The translations under genes and the position numbers were made by a program. From contig JAKSOZ010000004.1 in NCBI GenBank assembly GCA_024405265.1, positions 5,289-69,288 of the forward strand: a stretch of DNA of 64,000 nucleotides, written 5' to 3'. Position 1 is the stretch's first letter. The number at the start of each line of letters is the position of its first letter. Positions 1-8,080 of the stretch are shown in pieces. This stretch comes from Kiritimatiellia bacterium (GTDB lineage Bacteria > Verrucomicrobiota > Kiritimatiellia > RFP12 > UBA1067). Under the pieces are notes generated by a model, which was not told the DNA's origin, ran no database searches, and saw only the letters and a list, made by a program, of their open reading frames with translations.

Positions 1-483
1 AGTTCCCTCTGCTTCTGTGGCAATCATCTTTTTAACAATCTCTGCTACATCATCTATCTTAAACCGATACCTACCAATATTCTTTTGAACCTTCTCAACA
101 ATGCTTTTATCTTGCAATGCTTCCTCTCCAAAATACATGAGAAGAAAATCAGCAGCTCTTTTTACGCCCAATGCATAAGCGCGCTCAAGCATAGTCCTAC
201 CTTTTATCGAATCTTTTGGCATTCCACTTCCATTAACACAACACACCCCCATATAAAACAACGCGAGTGGGTTATTCTTCGCTGACTCCTCCTTTAGAAT
301 TTCAACCTCTTCTTTAAAAATCGCCTCCTCTCTTTCTTTATTCTTCTCGCCTCGATACCCCATCCAATCCTGTTCTATGAGCAACCTTTTATGTTGCGCA
401 TTAACAAAACGCCCATTTATTGGATCATTATCACCGGGCTCAAAATATGGCCCGTTATCAATTTCGTCAAGCTCGTTATTCAT
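1..483 (-). CDS. Sel1-like repeat protein, N-terminal 161 codons; ORF continues past the left edge of the window
   Basis: Own translation. ATG at 483-481, and no tta/cta/tca triplet in frame down to nt 1 (MNNELDEIDNGPYFEPG...). The segment NPLALFYMGVCCVNGSGMPKDSIKGRTMLERAYALGVKRAADFL fits the Sel1/SLR repeat pattern. Missing from the ORF track because it is open-ended. AT-rich like the neighbouring gene. Confidence 0.5.
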   Translation of the reverse strand, partial: MNNELDEIDNGPYFEPGDNDPINGRFVNAQHKRLLIEQDWMGYRGEKNKEREEAIFKEEVEILKEESAKNNPLALFYMGVCCVNGSGMPKDSIKGRTMLERAYALGVKRAADFLLMYFGEEALQDKSIVEKVQKNIGRYRFKIDDVAEIVKKMIATEAEGT

Positions 484-502
484 ATTTATCCTTTCTATCG
501 AT

Positions 503-2224
503 TCATAAAGTGTCTACAGACCAGTACTTCATTGCCCAATCAATTATCTTAGTATGCCGCTTGGCAATTGCATCAACATCCCACACTCGACCATTTCGAG
601 CCTTATCAATACTTGCAAAATCTTTTATTTCCATCTGCTGACGCAACAATCCTAGTTCTTCGTACTCTTTTATCTTATCATCAAACGGATGATTACTAAC
701 CTTAATATTATGTTTAAGTGAAAGCAACACTAGATTTCCTAATGCATTCATCCATCCGCCTGTCACAATCCCTTTCTCCTTGTTATCTACATCTTCGTAT
801 GCTCCATAACCAGCGGCTATTGGATCATTATTGGTAGGCGTCTGAGGAGCGATATGCTCAATACTGGGACTCACAACTTCTGTTTTTATATCCGATGGCG
901 CATTATACCCTACGGTTCTCATGCTTCGCTCATATTGCCACAAAAGATATTCATCAACGGCATTATTATAAAAATCACTCTGATCCAATTTCCATCTGAC
1001 ATCAGAATCGCTCCAATATCCCCATTCTCGAATACCATTCTTGATACCTTCTATCGCCCTATCAACATTCTTGCTCTCGTAAAGTTCTTTAAGAACATTC
1101 CCCAACCGCGCATCCGTATCAACGTTCGCCCTTCGAGCACATAACTTCACCCTGAAAATTAAATTCTCCAGGCTTCTCAACATTCTCTCTTCAGTCTTTT
1201 CATCAACACTCAAGTGACCCATCCTAATAACAAACGGATAAACCAAGTCCAGCATACCTAAGGTCCGAAGTCTAATTGCTATATCAGTAGTATTGTCTCG
1301 AAAACTCTTTACCGATTGAAAAGCATCAGACAATTCTCTCGAAAAGTTTTTGATCCAGATTCCTTTATTCGACGATCCCTTCAACACCTTCTTAATTGAA
1401 GAAATGATATCATCAGAATAGAACCCGATCCTAGAGCGCCAATACGCAGCCAAAATAGAATCTTCTGCAATATCAACTTGAGCAATAAGTTGATAAATAC
1501 TAGCAAAGTTCTGACGAACACTCTCATCTATCTCATTTTGAGATTTCCGATTTTCTCCTTCCTTATAAACCTGAAGAAGGAAAAAAGCTTTTAGGATTTC
1601 AAGCTTCGACAAATCCTTGCCTCGATCATTTTGAAAGGAAAATATTTGCGCTGCCATCGCTCTGTCTTTTACTTCATACTCTGTAATCAAAGCGCTATTC
1701 AACCGAGTTGCTAAATTGCAAACCTCAGCATCTGGTAGCTCCTTGAGCTTCTTGCGGAAATATTCGAGCGCATCTACAAACGCATTCTCAGAAGTTGTCT
1801 TGCCGGGTATCTTTCGATTTTCGCCCTCTAGAATATACCTATTAAAGCACTCCCTGTCGTAATCAACCGTGCGAAAACGATACTGAGAATATTCGTCTTC
1901 CCGTATATATGTAGTTATGAGTTTATGCCTCAGTGCTTTGACTTCGCGCTCGGATGAACAAGAAAGAGCATCTATAACTGCCTTCATAAAAATGATGCTA
2001 GTCGTAACTCTCTGCTGCCCATCAATTAAGCCATATACTGAACTTCCATCTTCACCATTTGCAGTCTCAACCAAGAAATGTCCCAAATAATAATCACCTT
2101 GAGACTCTTGAAGATCTTCGAGAAATTGCTTCCACTGCTTCTCTCCCCATGCATATGCGCGTTGATATGTTGGAACAACAAAAAGCCGGCTTTGCGTTCC
2201 AATAAACTCTCCAAATTTTAGCAT
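503..2224 (-). CDS. GmrSD-family (DUF262 + DUF1524) putative type IV modification-dependent restriction endonuclease
   Basis: 573-aa ORF. N-terminal DUF262 signatures VVPTYQRAYAWGEKQW and LIDGQQRVTT. C-terminal DUF1524/His-Me-finger signatures SIEHIAPQTP and GNLVLLSLKHNIKVSNHPFDDK. AAAGGA lies shortly upstream of the ATG. Spot G+C about 40%. Confidence 0.8.
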   Translation of the reverse strand: MLKFGEFIGTQSRLFVVPTYQRAYAWGEKQWKQFLEDLQESQGDYYLGHFLVETANGEDGSSVYGLIDGQQRVTTSIIFMKAVIDALSCSSEREVKALRHKLITTYIREDEYSQYRFRTVDYDRECFNRYILEGENRKIPGKTTSENAFVDALEYFRKKLKELPDAEVCNLATRLNSALITEYEVKDRAMAAQIFSFQNDRGKDLSKLEILKAFFLLQVYKEGENRKSQNEIDESVRQNFASIYQLIAQVDIAEDSILAAYWRSRIGFYSDDIISSIKKVLKGSSNKGIWIKNFSRELSDAFQSVKSFRDNTTDIAIRLRTLGMLDLVYPFVIRMGHLSVDEKTEERMLRSLENLIFRVKLCARRANVDTDARLGNVLKELYESKNVDRAIEGIKNGIREWGYWSDSDVRWKLDQSDFYNNAVDEYLLWQYERSMRTVGYNAPSDIKTEVVSPSIEHIAPQTPTNNDPIAAGYGAYEDVDNKEKGIVTGGWMNALGNLVLLSLKHNIKVSNHPFDDKIKEYEELGLLRQQMEIKDFASIDKARNGRVWDVDAIAKRHTKIIDWAMKYWSVDTL

Positions 2225-2240
2225 ACTAAATTCCTTTCCA

Positions 2241-3680
2241 TTACAAATACTTCCGCACCGTATTCCGGGAGCAGTTGAGGGCTTCGGCGGCTTTAGTTAA
2301 GTTCTGCCCGTACTTATCGTATACGTGGCGAATGTGGTACTTCGTCGCCTCTTCGAGGTCATCGGGAACGACGCCGGAGTCCGACTTGCAAGCGACATCC
2401 ACTAGTCCCGCATTCATCTCGCGATGCTCCTTCAAAAGCGCGGCAAAATCGCTCTCCTCAAGAACAGTTGCACGCTCAAGAACATTCAGAAGTTCGCGCA
2501 CATTGCCAGGATAGTCATACTCTTTGAGCGCGGCGATTTGTTCTTCCGAGAGAGTCGCGTTATCGTGATGCTTGCGCCACCAAGAGTTGGCGATATCCCC
2601 GATATCCTCCTTGTGTTCGCGCAAAGACGGGATGCGAAGTTGAACGACATTGAGTCGTTGGAAGAGATCGGCGCGGAACTTCCCTTCTCTCACGCGGACA
2701 GGAAGATTGCGATTCGTAGCCGTGATAAGACGGACATCAACCTCGATCTCCTCATGTCCTCCAACGCGCATAAACTTCCCGCCTTCGAGAACGCGCAAAA
2801 GGAGCGCCTGTGCTTCCGGCGGAAGTTCGCCGATCTCATCGAGGAAGAGCGTTCCTCCGTTCGCCATTTGAAAAAGGCCATCCGTAGTTTTGTCCGCGCC
2901 TGTGAATGCGCCCTTCTCGTAACCGAAGAAGCGGCTCTCCAAAAGCTCGGGATTCACACTCGCACAGTTGAAAGCGATGAAGTTCTCCTCCTTGCGCGGC
3001 GACTTGGTGTGCAGCTGATTCGCAACAGTCTCCTTGCCGGTACCACTTTCACCGATAATGAGGACGCGGGCGTCACCATGCGCGGCAACTTTATTGATGC
3101 GCTCTTGGAGAGCTCGCATCTGGAGCGACTTGCCGACAAGCTCGCGATTTCCATAGCGACGATAATTATTGCGCAGCTTCTCAAGATCGGAAGGTAGCGT
3201 TTTCACGTTCTGCGCGATAAACTTGATCACCTTCCCGTAAGAGTTCTCGTCTTGATAGTTGCGATAAGCATACATCGCAGCTTCAATAAGCTCATCCGCC
3301 TGCTTCGAGCTATCATCCTCAACCACTATCCCGAACTCCTCTGCGACAGAATCCGTAAGCGAATCGGCAGGACGAACCTTCAGTTCCAACAATTCGGACA
3401 GCTCATCGGCAACATCGGTTTCAAAGACGCTGATCCAAGAGACTTGAACGCGCTTCTTTTGAAGCTTTACGAGCGACTCTTTCAAAGCTGCGGAATCTTG
3501 AGAGAGCGAAACGCCAAGAATCACGATGCGGTCGTACTTCGTGACCTCTCCCAGCAATTCAGGAAGCCGACGCTTGCTTACACCAAGCACATCGGCTTTA
3601 AACTCAAGCGCCATAAGAGCCACTGCCGCGGCAGTAGCATAATCATGGTGTCCCCACCCGGTCAAAATCAATGTCTTCAT
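2241..3680 (-). CDS. sigma-54-dependent transcriptional activator (bEBP) with Fis-type HTH and an atypical N-terminal domain
   Basis: AAA+ core with Walker A GESGTGKE, the sigma-54 contact loop GAFTGA (ESRFFGYEKGAFTGA), and Walker B TLFLDEIGEL. C-terminal HTH NLTKAAEALNCSRNTVRKYL. The N-terminal ~180 aa (MKTLILTGWGHHDY...) lacks receiver-domain signatures. Confidence 0.85.
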   Translation of the reverse strand: MKTLILTGWGHHDYATAAAVALMALEFKADVLGVSKRRLPELLGEVTKYDRIVILGVSLSQDSAALKESLVKLQKKRVQVSWISVFETDVADELSELLELKVRPADSLTDSVAEEFGIVVEDDSSKQADELIEAAMYAYRNYQDENSYGKVIKFIAQNVKTLPSDLEKLRNNYRRYGNRELVGKSLQMRALQERINKVAAHGDARVLIIGESGTGKETVANQLHTKSPRKEENFIAFNCASVNPELLESRFFGYEKGAFTGADKTTDGLFQMANGGTLFLDEIGELPPEAQALLLRVLEGGKFMRVGGHEEIEVDVRLITATNRNLPVRVREGKFRADLFQRLNVVQLRIPSLREHKEDIGDIANSWWRKHHDNATLSEEQIAALKEYDYPGNVRELLNVLERATVLEESDFAALLKEHREMNAGLVDVACKSDSGVVPDDLEEATKYHIRHVYDKYGQNLTKAAEALNCSRNTVRKYL

Positions 3681-3854
3681 ATTTCTTGTCCCTCTCTACG
3701 AGATATATTATACCATATTTTGACCTTAGCGGTTAAGATTTTACCGCAGCTTGCTCAAAAATCCGCGCCGCGCTAAGCAGAGGTGCGATGGCGGGTGAAT
3801 CGTGCAGATTCCTTGAAATATGTACGTTAATCCAACCGAATTCTGCGAAGACGA

Positions 3855-3883
3855 TTGTTCGACAAGAAGGGTTTTGTTATAAT
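3855..3883 (+). promoter_or_regulatory. putative sigma-70 promoter of ldhA (TTGTTC-N17-TATAAT)
   Basis: TATAAT at 3878-3883 and TTGTTC at 3855-3860 with a 17-nt spacer. GAAGGAG RBS lies before the ATG at 3914. Confidence 0.35.
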
Positions 3884-3913
3884 GGGGTCTCGATTAAATG
3901 AAGGAGTATTTTT

Positions 3914-4903
3914 ATGAAAAAGATCGCATTCTTCGGTGCCCAATCTTATGACCGCGAAGCTTTCGACGCGGCAAATAATGGTAGATACGAGTTGCGCTAT
4001 TTCAGAACTCGTCTCGCGCCGACCTCCCTTCCGCTTTCCGACGGATGCGACGCGGTGTGCGCCTTTGTAAACGACACGCTCAACAAAGAAGTAATCGCCG
4101 GCCTTAAAGTGCGCGGCATCAAGCTTATCGCGATGCGCTGCGCGGGGTACAACAATGTCGATCTTAAGGCCGCTTATGACGAAGGCATTACCGTAGTTCG
4201 TGTTCCCGCCTACTCGCCTTACGCGGTAGCTGAACACGCCGCCGCCCTCCTCCTTACCCTGAATCGCCATCTCCACAAAGCTGCCGCGCGAACTCGCGAC
4301 TACAACTTCTCGCTTAACGGCTTAACCGGCTTCGATCTCCACGAGAAGACCGCAGGCATCATCGGAGCGGGCAAGATCGGTCGCATTTTCGGCGATATAA
4401 TGAAGGGATTCGGGATGAAAGTCCTCGCTTTCGATCACTTCCCCGTCGAAGGTAATGGGTTCGAATATTGCGATATGGACCGCATTTTCAAAGAAGCGGA
4501 CGTGATTTCGCTTCACTGCCCGTTGACACAAGACAATCACCACCTCGTCAATGCCGAGAATCTCGCCATGATGAAGAAAAACGCAATCCTGATCAACACT
4601 TCACGCGGCGGACTTATCGACTCCGATGCGCTCCTCAATGCGCTGCGCGAAGGTCAAATCGGCGGAGCGGGGCTCGATGTCTATGAAGAAGAGGGAGAGT
4701 GGTTCTATGACGACCACTCCGAAACGATCAAGCAAAACAAGAATCTCTCGCTCCTCGTTTCAATGCCGAACGTGATCATCACTTCTCACCAGGCATTCCT
4801 CACCCACGAAGCGCTTTCGAATATCGCGACTATCACCTTGAAAAATCTCGATGATTTCTTCTCCGGCGCAGATCTCAAATCACGCGCCGTAGCGTATTCG
4901 TAG
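3914..4903 (+). CDS. ldhA: D-lactate dehydrogenase (D-isomer-specific 2-hydroxyacid dehydrogenase)
   Basis: 329 aa, colinear by eye with E. coli LdhA as recalled (AVCAFVND, MRCAGYNNVDL, VVRVPAYSPYAVAEH, NFSLNGLTGFDL, GIIGAGKIGR, VISLHCPLT, NTSRGGLID). Confidence 0.88.
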   Translation: MKKIAFFGAQSYDREAFDAANNGRYELRYFRTRLAPTSLPLSDGCDAVCAFVNDTLNKEVIAGLKVRGIKLIAMRCAGYNNVDLKAAYDEGITVVRVPAYSPYAVAEHAAALLLTLNRHLHKAAARTRDYNFSLNGLTGFDLHEKTAGIIGAGKIGRIFGDIMKGFGMKVLAFDHFPVEGNGFEYCDMDRIFKEADVISLHCPLTQDNHHLVNAENLAMMKKNAILINTSRGGLIDSDALLNALREGQIGGAGLDVYEEEGEWFYDDHSETIKQNKNLSLLVSMPNVIITSHQAFLTHEALSNIATITLKNLDDFFSGADLKSRAVAYS

Positions 4904-5927
4904 ATCGTATCGTCTTGGCAATCAAAATTACCAAAATCCCGGCGGCGACATGCTCGAAAATCGAGAGCTGCTCGACTTCACAGCACGCTGAAATGCGCGG
5001 CAAAACTTCAAAAGGCAGCATATTGACGGCGATACCGCAGAGTATCGCGCCAAGTGAGATGACGAGCGCATAAACGATAGTCGGCTTCTTACCGATCAAG
5101 GTCGCAACCGTCGAAAGCGAAGCCGCATTGATCGCGGGACCGACCATCAGGAAGACAAACGCCGCGCCTGGAGTAAGCCCTTTTAAGACCATCGAAGCGG
5201 CAATCGGAATAGAGGCCGTCGAACAAACGTACATCGGGAATCCGATAATGACCATCGCAGGCATCGCGAGAAAATCATTTCCTCCGAAAGCGGTAGCGAA
5301 AAAGTTCTCAGGAACGAGTACCGTCACAAGCGCCGCGACTACCAAGCCGAACGACAAAGGCTTCACGATTTCCGCGAAAAGTTCATCCGACTTCTTCAAG
5401 ACTTTCAAAACGACGTTCTCCTTCTTCGCTTGATCAGGAGAAGCCTCTTTTTCATGACTTCCGCAACAGCAGCAACAGCAATGACTTTTTTTCACGGTAG
5501 AGGGCTCGTCCGAATCTTTCTCGGACTTCGTCATGAGATTGACGGTCTCGCCTCCGATGATGCCGGTCAGAAACGCCGCGATAGGACGAGCAATGGCGAA
5601 AACCGGCCCTAAAAGCGCGTAGGTCGCGAGAATCGAGTCGATACCCGTCTGAGGCGTCGAAATCAAAAATCCGGCAGCCGCGCCTTTCGAAGCGCCCGAC
5701 TTCCGCAAGGCCTGAGCCAAGGGGAGAACACCGCACGAGCAAATCGGGAGCGGAACACCGATCAAGACGGCGTTAAGAACACCCTTCCAACCTTTGGCTT
5801 TGCCCATAGCTTTTTCCGCCCATTCGCGCGGCATTAAAACACCGACAACACCCGCCAAGAGAAAGCCGCCCAAGAGCCAAGGAGCCATCATCGCAAGAAC
5901 ATTCCAAAATGCAACGAGAATTTTCAT
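4875..5927 (-). CDS. DUF318/YraQ-type permease, probable thiophilic-metal (Cu/Zn) exporter with a hexa-cysteine loop
   Basis: 350-aa polytopic membrane protein with a PICSCG motif and a central loop KKSHCCCCCCGSHEKE. Sits immediately downstream of a CsoR-type repressor. The 3' end overlaps the ldhA 3' end by 29 nt (convergent). Confidence 0.65.
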   Translation of the reverse strand: MKILVAFWNVLAMMAPWLLGGFLLAGVVGVLMPREWAEKAMGKAKGWKGVLNAVLIGVPLPICSCGVLPLAQALRKSGASKGAAAGFLISTPQTGIDSILATYALLGPVFAIARPIAAFLTGIIGGETVNLMTKSEKDSDEPSTVKKSHCCCCCCGSHEKEASPDQAKKENVVLKVLKKSDELFAEIVKPLSFGLVVAALVTVLVPENFFATAFGGNDFLAMPAMVIIGFPMYVCSTASIPIAASMVLKGLTPGAAFVFLMVGPAINAASLSTVATLIGKKPTIVYALVISLGAILCGIAVNMLPFEVLPRISACCEVEQLSIFEHVAAGILVILIAKTIRSTNTLRRVI

Positions 5928-5967
5928 TTCTTTCCTCCCACTTCCACCTTTTAACTTCTAACTTGCA

Positions 5968-6243
5968 TTACGCGAGCTTGGAAAAGCTTTCGAGCGCTTC
6001 AGCGAGTGACTCAATCGTCTCGTCGGCATCGCCCTTTTCCATTCCTTCACGTACGCAGTGGCGAATGTGTTGATCGAGCATCAAAAAGGAGAGCTTGTGA
6101 AGTCCGCCATTGACGGCGTTGAGCTGAGTGAGGATGTCTTCACAAGCGACTCCGCTCTCGATCATATTCTTGATACCATTCATCTGCCCGATCAGCTTAT
6201 TGAGCCGAATCGTCAGCATCTTCGAGGTTTCTTCTGTACGCAT
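5968..6243 (-). CDS. csoR: CsoR/RcnR-family metal-sensing transcriptional repressor
   Basis: 91 aa. RLNKLIGQMNGIKNMIESGVACEDILTQLNAV...LDQHIRHCV matches the DUF156 helical-bundle pattern, with the C...H-x3-C ligand set. Confidence 0.8.
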   Translation of the reverse strand: MRTEETSKMLTIRLNKLIGQMNGIKNMIESGVACEDILTQLNAVNGGLHKLSFLMLDQHIRHCVREGMEKGDADETIESLAEALESFSKLA

Positions 6244-6270
6244 TGTCTTTATCGCCTTTCAATGCCGCAC

Positions 6271-6300
6271 ATTATACCATACCCCCGTAGGGTATGTCAA
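6271..6300 (-). promoter_or_regulatory. consensus sigma-70 promoter of the csoR-permease operon (TTGACA-N18-TATAAT)
   Basis: On the minus strand, TTGACA is the reverse complement of 6295-6300 and TATAAT of 6271-6276, with an 18-nt spacer. The ATG at 6243 lies 28 nt downstream of the -10. Confidence 0.65.
6279..6295. promoter_or_regulatory. candidate CsoR operator: inverted repeat ATACCC-N5-GGGTAT
   Basis: The 17-nt sequence atacccccgtagggtat has 6-bp perfect arms and a G/C-rich centre, as in known CsoR operators. It fills the spacer between the -35 and -10 of the csoR promoter. Confidence 0.55.
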
Positions 6301-6889
6301 GAACAAGGCGGCGATTCTAGGCTATGTCCGCCTGACGGCGGGGTTCGCGCCACTAAGATTCTCCGTTCAGGAGAAGCGCCGAAGGAGCGAGCAAGAGACG
6401 CTCCTTAAGTTAGGTGAGGCTAGTGACGCGAACTTGAGTGTCGAGCTGAGTGATTGAGAGCGTTTCGGTTCGGCTAGAGAGCGTTTAGGCGCAAGCGAGA
6501 CGAGGAGTTAAAGACGGCGGGACGCCGGATAAGACGACGAAGTATCGCGATGCGAATAGACGCTATTATAGCCGGGAGAAACGCTCTTCAAAAACGGGCG
6601 CGAGACCGAAAGCGAAGCGGCAGCTCGCCGAATACGACCAGGGTGCCATGCGCGGCGAATTTGGCCGCCGTCAGCCGAGCGGACTAGACTGAGAAGATGA
6701 CTCGCTTGAAGCGGCTCGGGTTGAGACTAATCTAAAGATTGTCGAAACCCGTAGACGCCGAAAGCGAGGCTCTTATCAGTCAGGAGCACGGTTGCGGGCA
6801 AATTCGCCGACACGCTGACAAGGCAACAGCTTCAATCTGCGTGCTGCTTTTCCGAAACTTCTCCGTAGAGAGCACTGTGTCAAAATTAT

Positions 6890-6936
6890 GAGAATAAACG
6901 AAAGAGTACTACCCTCACAGGTGAGAGTAGTACTCT
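6890..6936 (-). terminator. rho-independent terminator of the lipoprotein operon
   Basis: Hairpin AGAGTACTACCCTCAC/GTGAGAGTAGTACTCT (15 of 16 bp) at 6903-6936, 22 nt past the stop at 6958. On the minus strand it is followed by CTTTCGTTTATTC. Confidence 0.55.
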
Positions 6937-6957
6937 AGGAGTCGATAAGGCTATATT

Positions 6958-8037
6958 TTATTCTTCGACGAGAGCCTTAGGCGCGGGAGCGACCTTGGCG
7001 ACGGAGACGGTAGCCGTCTTCTTGTTCGGGCCGATCGTCACCTTCTTCTGCGCGACGCGGAACTCTTCGTTAGCGACGACGGCGGTGACCGTGTGGTTGG
7101 CGTTGAGCGCGCGGAAAGGCTCGTTAGCGGTAACGGGCGTACCTTCTTCGACGACTTCGTCGCCCTTGACGACGCGGTCGAGATAGAGCTCGACTTCTTC
7201 GGGCTGGATCTCGTCGGCAAGCTTCTTCGGGACGACGACCTTAACCGTGAACTCCTTGACGAAGCGCTCTCCCACCTTCTTGGCGATCTGCTTCATCGCG
7301 TCCTCGATAAGCTTAGCTTCGATAAGCTCATCATTTCCGGTCGTCGCGGCCACGCTCGTCTGACGGAGCGAAGCGGTCGCGGTCACGTCGCAGGAGAAGA
7401 CGCGGACGTTATTGAAGTCGCTGACCTTGGCCGTCGCCTTACGAGTGAACTGAGTCGTCTTGACCTGAGTATCGCCGACAGGAACCGTTTTCGTGGTCTT
7501 TATGGGGTCGCCGAGCGTGACCGAGAGGAAGAGCGTCGCGGGCGAGACTTCAGTCTGTTCCTGGTTCGAAATCGCCTTCTCGACTTCCTGCAAGGACGCG
7601 TCGGAACGATCGACGATCGAAATGAACTCGGAGTAATCTTCGAGGCCGCTCGCGAGGTAATCCTTCGCGATCACCATCGTGCGATTTTCGCTGGTGCCGA
7701 CGATGCTGTTGCGAAGACCTTCGATAATCTTGCGACGACGAGCGTTCTCTTCGTCGACCGACTTACGATCATGGAAGTATTCGGCGACGCCGGAGAGCCA
7801 GTTGAGAGTGACGGCGCGCTTCTGCAAATCGGGATCGACGATATTTTCCGCCGCGGAAGGCTTAGGAGGATTGGCGAGCGAAACGCGATCCTGCGCGGCC
7901 ATGAACTTCTCGGTCTTGGCGACAGTATCGATCGAACCGACGTCGACGAGGAGCATGTTGATCTTAGTGGGGACGACGCCGTCGGCGAAGAGGCCGAGAG
8001 AGAGCATCGCGGTTATGGCGAACATAAGCTGCTTCAT
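6958..8037 (-). CDS. secreted protein of unknown function (last gene of the lipoprotein operon)
   Basis: 359-aa ORF with signal-peptide-like N-terminus MKQLMFAITAMLSLGLFADG. Its codon usage resembles that of its neighbours. No motif recognised. Confidence 0.7.
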   Translation of the reverse strand: MKQLMFAITAMLSLGLFADGVVPTKINMLLVDVGSIDTVAKTEKFMAAQDRVSLANPPKPSAAENIVDPDLQKRAVTLNWLSGVAEYFHDRKSVDEENARRRKIIEGLRNSIVGTSENRTMVIAKDYLASGLEDYSEFISIVDRSDASLQEVEKAISNQEQTEVSPATLFLSVTLGDPIKTTKTVPVGDTQVKTTQFTRKATAKVSDFNNVRVFSCDVTATASLRQTSVAATTGNDELIEAKLIEDAMKQIAKKVGERFVKEFTVKVVVPKKLADEIQPEEVELYLDRVVKGDEVVEEGTPVTANEPFRALNANHTVTAVVANEEFRVAQKKVTIGPNKKTATVSVAKVAPAPKALVEE

Positions 8038-8080
8038 GTTATTTTTCCTTTATTATTTGAGGGGGATTCAAAAGAGACGA

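Noticed and set aside
4875-4903. A 29-nt convergent overlap of the 3' ends of ldhA (+) and the permease gene (-).
   Set aside because: The overlap is real, since both ends are defined by stop codons. However, convergent overlaps of this size are common in compact genomes, and no structure or extra signal was seen.
6296-6900. Possible tmRNA, RNase P RNA or SRP RNA in the large ORF-free gap. The stretches ggcggcgattctagg and ggggttcgcgcc looked tmRNA-like, and cagggtgcca matches a stretch of E. coli M1 RNA.
   Set aside because: No ...TCCACCA 3' end and no tag reading frame ending in Ala-Ala-stop. No GAGGAAAGTCC or ACAGAANCCGGCTTA P4 elements on either strand. No GGAAGGAAGCAGC SRP domain IV. 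The short matches are at chance level. The region is kept as an unexplained finding rather than a called RNA gene.
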